A DNA stretch of 64,000 bases. It comes from Tubiluchus corallicola (taxonomy: Eukaryota; Animalia; Priapulida). Of the stretch, positions 24,601 through 63,940 are shown one piece after another (within the stretch, counting starts at the first letter, position 1; each line of letters starts with the position of its first letter). Position numbers and translations under genes: made by a program. The notes under the pieces were generated by a model. The model was not told the DNA's origin. It did not search any database and was given only the letters and a program-made list of their open reading frames with translations. The stretch lies in assembly GCA_030141605.1 (NCBI GenBank), contig JAQGDQ010000078.1, positions 620,001-684,000 on the forward strand, written 5' to 3'.

Positions 24601-27600
24601 GAGCCTGTGTTGTGGGGAACATGGCCCAGTGGAACGAAACATCACCGATACTTTGCTTGAAGGTGGGCGGACTACGGCACAAACCCTCACATCAGATCTC
24701 ATTCGGATAAACCAGTATAAGAGCAGAAGACAACTAAAACAGATAACTGCAACATGTGCCTAATCAGAAAATGTCAGACCAGCAGATATTGTTTATCAAT
24801 ATTTATGACACAACAAAATTATTTCATGATGTTATATCTTGAAGTTTTCTATGCCTACAGCTACTAATATGAAAACTAGTAATTATGTAACATGACTGCA
24901 ACTAAATAGTCCGGCACAAAAGCAATTACAGCCTATGAAGGACATCTGCTTCCTCATGTTCAGCACAAAAGATGCATATTAGAGAGCTACAAGAAGAGAT
25001 ACAGAGGAGAAAAAAGCAAAAACGCACAATAACTTATGCAGAACAAGCAGCATATCTACCACCAGAGAGCATCTACTATGAGAGAGAAAGGGTGACCGAT
25101 TCACTAACTTTTACGGTTTTTTCGCCACCACTTCTCTAAAATACTAATAACTTATTTTGTTTATGTATTTGATGTTAATTTGTGTAATTAGAAGAGATAA
25201 ATAAAGAAAAATGAATGTGTAGGCAATTGGAACTGTAATTCTTTCATTGCTTAACTCTTTTGATTGTCTTTCATTAGAAATAACATGTTTTTTATGTTTT
25301 GAAGCATGTATAAGACTGCATAAATTTTCATAAACTTAATGTAGTTTGCATAAATAACATAGACATTATAAGTTTATTTAAGTTATATAAGATGAAATAT
25401 GTTGCGGCTGCACATTTGTTATTATGATACAGTAGGTGCCATTTATTAGACTCACGGTTAATAGAATCGGTCGCCTAATTTACTCAAAAATGACTGGTAT
25501 GAGCCATTCCTGTTCAAATCCATATAAAAACTGAAGGCAATTGACTCAAATAATTCCACATAATTGGCTCTTCATTTTTTATCTTCAGGTACTTAAAATA
25601 AGACACCTTGGTTGATTTTTGTTGACGAAAGAGCACTTAGTAACATTTTATGTCATCTTCACTTCTCTTTAGTGCACTATAATGTATGTATAAACAATCA
25701 CGTTAAGTAAGGTTTTGTAAGCAGGTATATTTATCATGCGTTAAATATACAGCTTTAAATATGTCACCTACTCACCCGCTGCAATTAACCTCGTTGTTTC
25801 TGGTAGCTAAATTGAATCAATTGCCCTGTAGTTTGCTTTCGAAATTCCTTCTGCTTCTCACAGGCAAAACATGGTCATCACGAACTGCAGCTTAAGCATG
25901 TCTTGCAGTAGGTGTTTTGAGCTGCAGCATACAGCAATAGGTTTTCAATGCTTTTATCAGTTAATGAACTTTATATATCAAGTTCTTCTTGAAGAAACGA
26001 AGCAACCGACCTTGCATGTTTTTGCAATATTTAGTGCAAATAAACTGATTTTTGGGATTTTTTTCTTTTCTTTTATTAATTCACTTATATAAATTAGTAT
26101 TCTTACATTATTGTACATATTCTTAAATGACTGGACATAAGAGTTTTGACATAATTCATTTCTAAAATTCATATAAAGCCTTAGCAATGCATACCAGTCC
26201 GATGAGTCATGACTCATACTCTTGTATCGTGTAGTAGTAATATGCTACACACGTCAACTAATAGATGCAGGTGGTTAATTGGATTAAAACACTTTCATCC
26301 CAAAGTGAGTCTATTAAGCGGCTTCTGTCTTGCTGACTTTACTGACTTTAATTTCATACACTTTATAACCTATTGAGAGGGACAAATAAATTTTTTTGAA
26401 TTGAATTGAATTCTACTGTATTACACTTTTCATACTTATTCCCTATTTCAGTTATGTCAAAAAGTGACAAATAATTAGCAATAACCATCAACCCACTATA
26501 CAATAGAAAACCATTTAGCTTATCTTCTAATGTACATCTGTATTTTCTCTGTCATCATGCCTAAATGCCTGAGAATTTTCATTTTGTTTTTCAGCAGGTT
26601 ACGTACCATCCATGGTTGATCCGCACAAACCCGGATTCAGTGCGGAACAAGATAAGTTCTACATGCAGCAGCATGCAGTGCGACCAACCCAAGGTTCCAT
26701 GTTGCCTCACCAGACCATGCTTCATATGCAGCAAGCAGGCAAGGTGAACAGTTACTTACCTGGCATCTGCTAGTATTATTTTTATTTTTTTATTTACTTA
26801 TTAAATACATCCATAACAACCATTGCAGCATAGCACTTCAAGAGACTTTATGAATTGGTAATAACATATTTAGTATAGACTCAAAGTGCCAAGTTGCAAA
26901 TGGCCTATCTGGTGCTCAAGAAGTAATTACTTGTTGTGAGCACCCCAAATGAATGCAGATTGAAAAAAAAAGAAAAAGGAAGAGTAAAGAAGCAGAAAAG
27001 AAAAGTTGAAGGCGAATAGAAAGAAAGATGTGATGGTAACTGTATGAAGTGACGTGCAGCAGTGTGATAGGTCCCAAGAGGGGCAGCCGAATTATTGATG
27101 CATTCTATATACTTAGAAAGATTTCTTTTTAAAATTTCTTTTGAAGTTATTTATAAATGTAGAGTTTTTTATGTATTCATTGATATTATTCCAAAGTCTA
27201 TGGCCAGTGTGTGTCAGTGCCTTGCCACATCAATAATATCATCCACACCTTCACTTTAATAACGGAATGTAAATTTCAAGGAGGGTAACTAACAAAGTTT
27301 ACTTTTAGAAGAACAGTGTCATACCAGTTGTTGCCTTTTGACGGTCCTGTGTTATACGTTTACTATACGTATTGAGTTCTTTTAGCGATATGTAGTTAAT
27401 ATACCCATTTGTTTTATAAATCTTGAAGTCTTAAATGTGCATACTCCTTTTTTTAAATTACTACTTTTGATTAACGTGCTAATTACTTTGTTTAAAAACA
27501 ACAGCAAAATTATTTTAAAATGTTAACAAAGTATTTTTTGTAGACTGGGAGCATTGTGCATGGCTATCCAGCAATAGCACGACCACAAGGTCCTTCTACA

Positions 27601-28421
27601 ACAGCATACCAATCTGCTTCATCAGCCAATCAACACGTAAGTTTTTAATTAAGCTAAAATAAATCTCAGTCCAAGGATATAGTAAGTTTCGTTAATGGTC
27701 AATGTTGGTAGGCCCTCAAAATTTGGGTCACCGGTGCCATCCAGGGGGCAAATTCTTCCAAGTATTTTGAGAAGGTACATATCTCAGGTTGTCAAAAATG
27801 CCTGGTGGATATTTCTATAGCACAGTTTTGTGAGGGGTACTGGCCCATATATGGGACCATCCTCAAAAAATCTATGTTTTTGTAAATTTGAGTATGGCAT
27901 GGTTAGGCCTGCATGATGTTATAGCCATGTAAGTTTTAAGAGTTTAATTTGTCCAGTCTTATACTGTACACCATTGTGATCATTTGGATAATAGTAAAAA
28001 AAATTTGACTGGTCCATCAGGATGCACTGTCCTAAAAACTGTCCCATCTCAGAGTAGCCTAAACTGGGTTTATTGTTTCTCTGTTTATTTTTCCCGTATC
28101 GTGTTTATTTTGCATTCCTTTGGTAAGTTGTTACCTACACAGTATACTACTTTCGATGCAGCTGTATAAAACTCCTCCATCAGTAATTGCTAAGAGTTGG
28201 GCAGTAGTTGGGCATGGAGCATTTTGTGAAAAAATGAACTCACAGTTTTTTTGCCTCTTTTGTTTTTTGTAGATAATGTAGATATTATGTATGTCATTTT
28301 GTTAGCAGCATTAACATAAATATTTATGGTTCTTTTACTCCTGTTTCAGCCTTCAGCCTACAATCCGCAAGGATCATCTCGAGCCGCATACCCAACGCAA
28401 CATGGTCGCAACTACTACTAG
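18577..28421 (+). CDS. GPS2: G protein pathway suppressor 2, spliced gene, ~373 aa: join(18577..18670,19048..19142,20744..20865,21085..21152,22103..22176,22683..22827,23657..23866,26595..26743,27544..27636,28350..28421)
   Basis: N-terminus MPALIERPKMTRAMYDALKTHI...MTIEQTKEQ...EKHELFLQLKKVLHEE matches the GPS2 coiled coil (human MPALLERPKL...EEKHQLFLQLKKVLHEEE). A Q/P/G/Y-rich tail follows. All introns are GT-AG with consistent phases (1122 nt). Confidence 0.93.
18680..18740 (+). mobile_element. Possible tRNA-derived SINE head fragment
   Basis: B-box-like GGGTTCGAATCCC at about 18708-18720; no full cloverleaf. Confidence 0.35.
19048..19142 (+). CDS. GPS2: GPS2 coding exon 2
   Basis: EQEADAANQRLRKEKE...MTIEQTKEQ. 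Confidence 0.93.
19588..20467. mobile_element. Tigger/pogo-like (Tc1-mariner) non-autonomous element, 880 bp
   Basis: Perfect 26-bp TIRs CAGTAGGCGCCACTTAATAGACTCAC / GTGAGTCTATTAAGTGGCGCCTACTG with TA target duplication. Confidence 0.93.
20744..20865 (+). CDS. GPS2: GPS2 coding exon 3
   Basis: LAELDKKLETLKHEKHELFLQLKKVLHEEGNRRK. Confidence 0.95.
21085..21152 (+). CDS. GPS2: GPS2 coding exon 4
   Basis: EIIPNPYHMSGQVPGPQHIFLQ; phase 2/1 fits neighbours. Confidence 0.82.
22103..22176 (+). CDS. GPS2: GPS2 coding exon 5
   Basis: AHPAMQQQRAASIYKQPPQQSMMS; tag/gtaagt boundaries. Confidence 0.85.
22683..22827 (+). CDS. GPS2: GPS2 coding exon 6
   Basis: GHGKRPRSPSPTPATGY...SSPQ; tag/gtaagt boundaries. 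Confidence 0.87.
23657..23866 (+). CDS. GPS2: GPS2 coding exon 7
   Basis: HESRYPPAGQPSSQGYP...HMQQQ, within ORF 23626..23880. Confidence 0.87.
25430..26418. mobile_element. Tigger/pogo-like MITE, inverted relative to the 19588 copy; right TIR interrupted by an insertion
   Basis: Starts TA|CAGTAGGTGCCATTTATTAGACTCACGG (reverse complement of the right end of the 19588 copy). Ends GTGAGTCTATTAAGCGGC...[insert]...CTACTG|TA. Confidence 0.88.
26327..26410 (+). mobile_element. Short retroposon 3' tail inserted into the MITE TIR
   Basis: AATAAA then a (TGAAT)n tail; flanked by TTCT on both sides (26323-26326 and 26411-26414). Confidence 0.65.
26595..26743 (+). CDS. GPS2: GPS2 coding exon 8 (NAGNAG acceptor, alternative start 26598)
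   Basis: AGYVPSMVDPHKPGFSAEQDKFYMQQH...QQAGK. Confidence 0.85.
26780..27230 (-). mobile_element. CR1/L2-type LINE 3' fragment
   Basis: Minus frame reads ALTHTGHRLWNNINEYIKNSTFINNFKRNFKRNL (the G.xLWN...FK terminal motif), followed by a 3'UTR and an A-rich tail near 26780. Confidence 0.65.
27544..27636 (+). CDS. GPS2: GPS2 coding exon 9
   Basis: TGSIVHGYPAIARPQGPSTTAYQSASSANQH; tag/gtaagt boundaries. Confidence 0.87.
28350..28421 (+). CDS. GPS2: GPS2 terminal coding exon
   Basis: PSAYNPQGSSRAAYPTQHGRNYY*; polypyrimidine-cag acceptor. Confidence 0.85.
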   Translation, partial: PSAYNPQGSSRAAYPTQHGRNYY

Positions 28422-28787
28422 CATGATAATGACAGTTCTGTGTGACAGTTTAAAAGTGAAAAGCAGTTACAGTTGTTGTTAAGTATTGGTGTATGTTATC
28501 TAGATGGTGAATTATTATTTGTTGTATAAATTTGGCATGGCTTATTTTTTAAATAATATTAGATTTTAAATAATTATGATCAAGTACTTCGTGCTTGCTG
28601 TGTGAGAAGAGGTGGCAGGCATCTACTGTTCTTTCTAATACAGTTGCTTACCAAATTGTTTGTAGCAGAATTACAGGGAAACTGTCTAAAAAGATACTGT
28701 GGTCACAAGAAGATAAATACTAGTGGACAAGAAAGAACCAGCTTTTTTAATGTTAAAAGGTGTTGTGCACATTCCAGCATTTGCCAT

Positions 28788-28980
28788 GTGATGATGATGG
28801 CAAGGTCTATCAATGTTGTGGACACAGTCCAGAATCTGTTAAGTGATGATGAAGGCAAGGCTTATCAATGTTGTCGACACAGTCCAGAATCTGTTAAGTG
28901 ATGATGATGGCAAGGTCTATCAATGTTGTGGACACAGTCCAGAATCTGTTAAGTGATGATGAAGGCAAGGCTTATCAATG
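28788..28980. repeat. 55-bp tandem repeat with alternating A/B variants in the presumed GPS2 3'UTR
   Basis: Units start at 28788, 28843, 28898 and 28953 (the last is partial). Confidence 0.92.
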
Positions 28981-29950
28981 GTAAACTGTTTGTGTTTGCA
29001 CAGTCTATTATCAGTTTGGTGATGAATTGGAACACAGGAGACAGTCCCTTTTTGTAAAGAAAGTGGAATCTGCTTCACTATTTTTATTGGTTATCAACAA
29101 GTTATTTTATTCTGCAGTTTGTACACTGTTATTAATAGTTTTGGTTTATACAAAAGCAAAAATATTATGTTTATTCTCAGTTTCTGATACTGTGCAAATT
29201 CTTTGAATATTCCACCAAAATTTGCACTCATTGATAAGTCATAGAACTTCAAATTTAACTTAAGACTTTGCACTTCCCACATGATAAAATTTGGAAGAAA
29301 GTGGTTAGTTGGACACCTGGCATAAGGAACCATGTTATTATATTGTAGCATTTTAGTTGTCAAAACTAATTTTTTAAAAGACTGATTAAACATGTGGGTG
29401 ATTGCTAAGTGGAAGTTGCCTAGTGTTTGTCTTTGGATTTGTTAGTAATTAATAATTTCCTTTCAGCATTTGTTAATTTAACTTACCATGTCTATGCTTC
29501 ATTTTATAGCCTCTGGAAGACTGGAAAAGTGAAAATTTACTAAGACTAATGCATACTAGGTGTTACTATAATGCATAAACTGTACTCTAGTTGTTGTGTT
29601 TCAGTTAGCTAATATTATTTTTTATATTTACGCACACTTATAGCTTTGTAATTGTAATTATTGTCGTCAATGCCCCCATTGTTGTTTGCACAGCATCGGT
29701 TTTCATATCAATACAGTGTCTCTGGTTCTCCGTGCCTTTCTTCCCTTTACTCATTTTTATCAATCCTTCTCTTTCTCTTTTCCGTTTCTTCTCGAGGTGG
29801 CCTTTAACTTTTGCATCTGTGTTGCCATTTTCAGGTCCCCTTAGCCACACAACATTAATATATGTAATTGAAATTAAGCTACAATCTTAAATTGTTACAG
29901 AAATGCTCAAATCTGTATTTGTTCGAATCTTTATAAGTTGTTTTTAGATA

Positions 29951-29956
29951 AATAAA
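29951..29956 (+). promoter_or_regulatory. Candidate GPS2 polyadenylation signal
   Basis: AATAAA followed by T-rich sequence; another AATAAA at 30231. Confidence 0.35.
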
Positions 29957-31769
29957 TCTTGACTCTTGAATCCCAATTTTATTTTTGTCCCAAGATTGCA
30001 TATTAAACCGAGTTTGTGTGAAAGTGCATTTTGCCGTTTACTAAAGAAACTAAAATTTTACAGTTTGTGAAAAATGTCTGAAATGACAATGGGTTTTGCA
30101 GTGTGAACTCAGAAATGAGGAGTATCTGTTGTGATGGCTGTTTCATTATGCACTACAGTTTTTCATTCTCTAAGTCTATATTTTAGCTGATGATTGCTAT
30201 GCAACCAACATTATCAATTTTATATCTGCGAATAAATGAATGCGTTATTGAACATACATTAATGATTAAGTACCGACAAAAGCCTCGTGTAGCCATGATC
30301 ATTGAAAAATTGTACTGCTTATAAGTAACGGTGTAATAGCAGCACGCATTAGGTTTTTAAAATAAATCATGCAGCAGAGACATTAACCTTTCTCTCTATG
30401 CTTTTGTCTAGTATTGATTCAGTTTTTGATTAATGTACTTGAGCAGCAAGTTTGGCTGTTCAGAGTTGAAAAACTAGTGGAACAAATATTTGTTCATGGT
30501 CATACACTTTCATTTTCAGTATTGCTGAATATTCAAGCCGATACACAGCGGCTTCATTGTAGAATAATATAGCCAAGTGATTTTCAAAAATCTGCTTTTG
30601 GCTGGATCTTTTTATTCCCTTGTAGGTTGAAAGGTCTTGGTTGTCGAAATTAAAAATCAAATAATATGCATTGTGGTGGTGAGATTGGGGTCAGCTGTTC
30701 AATGACTAGCTTTTTCACAGGAAGGGCATTAGATTATTCAAACTTTTTTATTCTCTGTCTGTTCACTGTTCTTCAGACGGGAAAATGAACATAACATTCA
30801 TTAAATTTTTTTATTTAATATTTATTTACAGCTTTTTGCACGTGAATACAAAAATCAATGTATGTTATCACAAAGTATAAACTTGCCACGGTCCATGGTG
30901 AGCTCTAGTCCAGCAGCAAAAATCGTCAACTTGAATACAAGCTTAATTAAACGACTAGACTAAAGACGATAATGTTCCTCGTTTCTAAACGAAGACGAAG
31001 TGGTCATCAATGAGGCATCCATACTTCCCAGATATGATGCATGTAATGTGCTCTTGAGACGAAATTCTCAGCATTATAAATGTTAACCGAATAAAGCTGA
31101 ACTGAACTGAGAAACTCAATACCGCATGCAACAATAACGAAGCAAAAAATTCAAACAAAAGTAGAAATGTGTGAATTCAAATTCAGCAAAGAATTCAAAT
31201 TCAAACATTTATTTCAAAACAAAACACAATCCATGAAAAAAACGAAATATTGCACATCCAGGAAGATAATAAATCAACCAACAAATATATAATAAAAGTT
31301 TATTTATGCGAGGAAAAGGAAAGAGCGGGTGCTTTCCAGAAATTCCTCAGTAATTGTGGATAGGTTCCAAGACAACTCTTGGATTGATTTATTTTGATTG
31401 AACAAAGAAAGCAGGGCGAGTTAAAGGGCACTTGGATTCTGTGAAATGATGGGTTAAGTAAAATACTCATTAAAATCAATATGGTAATATAATCATTCAT
31501 AACACAGATAAGCTCTTATTAAAAATAATATTAAGATTGAACAGAAGTGCAATTATGCTGCGACAAATAATTTAATAATGTATTGAATATTTTTAACAAA
31601 TTTTACGTGGTGATCAAATGCATTCTACAAGTAAAAGATCATCAACATTACTAAAAAATTAATTAATAAGATATAAAACATACGCATGAAACCATGAAAC
31701 ATACACAATCGTAGAAAATGCAAGACTATTTCAACTACACAATAATTTAATAGTATAAAATAAAATAAT

Positions 31770-32220
31770 AGTAAGCTTTCAAACTTTTTTAAAAATTATC
31801 AAGTGACTTGATCAGCCGTAATGCCACAGTTTGCGGGTAGCAGAACTGAAAGATGATCACCGCGTGACAAGCCTGGGACGTGGTCTTCAAGATTACTTCT
31901 ATTTCAGCTAGATCTTAATGCTCTGCGAGGGACATATAGTTTAAGAAGGTCTGATATGTATGTAGGAGCCAGACCATTGATTGTTTTGTAAGTTATAAAA
32001 TTTAATTCTGTTATCAAATAACGATCAGTGCAATTCTCTGAGTATTGGAATGATATGGTCAAATATTCGACAGCCAGTGACCTGAATTGTGTATGTGTTG
32101 AAGCTTTTGAATTTGATAGACAGGAAGGCCATATAATAAATTATCGCAGAAATCCAATCGGGAACTAAAAAAGCACGCTCTAGGATTTCACAAGTATCTT
32201 CGAGAGAAATATGCTAATAT
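31770..32220 (-). mobile_element. L2/Crack-type LINE 3' fragment
   Basis: Minus frames give TGCRIFDHIIPILRELH*, YKTINGLAPTYISDLLKLYVPRRALRSS and FKKSLK, typical L2-clade C-terminal motifs, with frameshifts. Confidence 0.8.
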
Positions 32221-32978
32221 TTTATGTAATACTGAGATTCCTAACACTACTATATGGATTATTGCCAAACACAATAGAGAATTGACGCCGAGCACCAAAA
32301 ATAATCATATAAGTTTTGCCAGGACCCTCTTTGGGGCCCCGAGGCAGACAAAGATTTTTCTCAAAATTGAGGATTCGAAGTCCAGTAAATCTGCATGTAG
32401 ACTCTAATAAATGTTTTATTTCCATGATCAGATATAACATAATGTAAGCAGCAACATAAATCAGTATTTATGGTTACATTCACCAATCACCTTTTAGGTT
32501 TTTTTCATAGTGAAATGCTTTTTAAACGTTCGTAATAATTTCCTTCAAAAGAGAATACTTTTCTTAAAAAACCAAAAAATAAATTTAACTCTTAACTAGA
32601 GTACTAATTAAAATGTGCTTTTCCGGTTTTTTGTTTGAAAATCTTCTAATAACACTATCAAAATTTCATTCTCAATGGGTGGATACAATACAAAGTACTT
32701 GCTGGACTCCCCCTGCCATAATTTCAGTAAGGTATACCTTATAAGACGACAGATAATGTCACGTATCGAGGTGCATCAAGCATACATCGCTGATGTTAAT
32801 GTACGTGTGAGCTTCAACGCGCTTGCGTCTAGGCTTCACTACGTACTGCCACACCGCTTCAACGCGAAGGCTTCCTTCTCTCTGCACGCTTTCTCTGTCA
32901 CCGCGCGAAAGCAGTGTTGTTGTTCTTGTCAACTGTAGCTAGTATTTTTGTTTAATTGGCTGTAGTGTATCAGTAGTC

Positions 32979-61789
<28,811 letters not shown>

Positions 61790-62509
61790 ACGCTTTTACA
61801 GTCGCTGTGGTCTGGCTTCGTTCTGTGCCATTGCTTGTGGCTTCGTGCTGTGGCGTTGCTTATCTAATTTTATCATATTTTCCTAGTCGACACTTGTCTT
61901 TATTTCTGGAGTCGTGATATTGAATCTTTTCAGAGTAGTCAAAAACTAGTCAAGAGTTCTGCCTTAATAAAGGCTGGGAAAATCCTATTACGATGTTTTA
62001 CTTTTTCGCACTCGTGTTCGATGGGGCGAGAATATTCTTTTGGCATATTCGGTGTAGAGTGACTTCTGTAGCTTATCCTATTTCTATTCCTGCTATTTCT
62101 AAATAGACCCAAGTTTGATATTTCAGAGATATGCGTGAAATGTATTAATTTTCCATTTATGTTTCGCATAAAACTTGCTTAACTTTCAATTGAAGAACGC
62201 AGAAAAAACATATGTAGCCTGGTATACGTGGTATTAAGTATTGTAGCAATGTAGTAGCTGTTAAACTTGCCTTCCAGTATGGTGTAGTTATTTTGACAAA
62301 AACCCAGCGAAAAATGCGATGTACTTTTACTAAAATCAGGGTATATTATATGAAATTTCCGCCTTTATGTAACTCACTGGGTCCTTGTTTTAGCTCTGTG
62401 AACGATTCTGGTTTATTACAATATATTACTAAGCAACCTGCTGATACGATCATAGTGGCGTGCCTTGATATTAGTGTTACCACATTTTTTTTAGTATTTA
62501 CAAAAGTTG

Positions 62510-62515
62510 AATAAA
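62510..62515 (+). promoter_or_regulatory. Candidate calbindin polyadenylation signal
   Basis: AATAAA about 720 nt after the stop codon. Confidence 0.35.
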
Positions 62516-63767
62516 AAATTCTCTCATTATAGAGGAACGAATAATCTTCAACTCTATTTCACCTAACTTGTAAAGTTTTTTTTATGTAATACACTTTCAT
62601 AATAATAATCTCATTTAACTTTAGATTTTGTGTGGTGAATTTCTTTATTATCAAACTATGTAGGCTTATCTGTTCGAATGTGATGACTTTATCTTGTATT
62701 TCCACTCTCTATGTGATATTTGTTTGCAAATATTAAGAAATAATATTAAATATTCATTTTATTTATGTTTGTCTTGTGAAATATTTAAAGATTTTAAAAC
62801 TGTTATAATAGATGTTATTATAAATATTTTAAGTATCACTGGTGTAAGTGGTAGCAGAAAGAGAACATAGCAGAATTTTCTGATAAATGTGAAATGTTCA
62901 AAATGATAAAAATGTTGGTTTTACTGTCTTAACATTCTGATTAATTCTGGCAAACTTTATAAGAGCAAATCATGTTCAAGTTAGCAAAGCAAGATCAAGT
63001 TATTAAATTATTACAAATACTATGATATGCATTCCAATTTATACTGAACCTTCATTCTTGTATATAATTACTCTAGTACTCACGATTTTTAAAATTACGA
63101 ATAAAGTTTTTGCAAATCTGTCAATATTATTTTTTGTTGTCTTTACTAGATATTATTTATATAGTGTTACGTATTACTTAATTTCAAGATGACCTCTGCT
63201 TTTTACACAAACACACTACGCTGAACAAAGTAAAATAAAAAAAGTGCAAGAAAAATATAAGTAACTAATAGAGTTTATTATTTTTCAAGCAGATTTTTAA
63301 TATCCACTATTACAAAATGGAGAGCGTATTACGTGGTTGCTAAAATACCAAGTAAAAGCCAATAACTGACCTCACAATACAGCATAATTAGATTATAAAC
63401 TGACTCAATTACTATAAGTACCAAGCGTGATAAAACGCTGTAGATACTAGTAAAACAACACTCCACTGTCACCAGAATATCACTTGACAATTTTTCAACT
63501 TATAAGTCTTCTCTCACTCGAAATCCAGGTCCATATGGAGGTTTTGTTAATGACGTAAGACCGGTGATTGGCTCACAAGAAAATCGTGAACTCCTGAAAT
63601 AAAGTGCAAGACAACATAAAATTAAAATTTTACAAAATCGAAAATAATGGTTAGAACGGCAGAAGTTTCCATAACGCTCCGCAAACAAACTTCAAAGCTT
63701 ACTTCACAATTAAATTGTATAATGGGAGGTGATATAGCCGACTGGACATCGTACACAGTGTGCGTTT

Positions 63768-63842
63768 ATCAACAAAATTAAGCAAGGCCAAACCTGTTCA
63801 GTAAATAGATGGGCTACTGCCAAGAAGCCTCGTTACCTGTTG
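63768..63842 (+). pseudogene. Degenerate 5S rRNA-derived sequence (5S pseudogene or SINE3 head)
   Basis: ATC..AAATTAAGCAAGGCCAAACCTGTTCAGTAAATAGATGGGCTACTGCC is colinear with the 5S internal promoter region AAGCTAAGCAGGGTCGGGCCTGGTTAGTACTTGGATGGGAGACCGCC. The 5' third does not match. Confidence 0.45.
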
Positions 63843-63902
63843 AGGGTGTATACGAACGTCGTCATAACACCTTTGTCTTTTCACTTACAGAAAAAAAGAA
63901 AT

Positions 63903-63940
63903 AACCCCAACCCTAACCCTAACCCTAACTCTAACCCTAA
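63903..63940. repeat. Short interstitial (CCCTAA)n telomere-like repeat
   Basis: About 6 units, two of them variant, flanked by non-telomeric DNA. Confidence 0.8.

Noticed and set aside
28788-28980. CRISPR-like or C/D snoRNA-like array (contains ATGATGA)
   Set aside because: Units are contiguous with no unique spacers, the context is eukaryotic with no cas genes, and no matching CTGA D box is present.
29638-29850. Antisense 70-aa basic ORF in the GPS2 3' region
   Set aside because: No recognisable domain or splice context; the composition follows a pyrimidine-rich plus strand.
63903-63940. True telomere
   Set aside because: Only about 6 units, with ordinary sequence on both sides.
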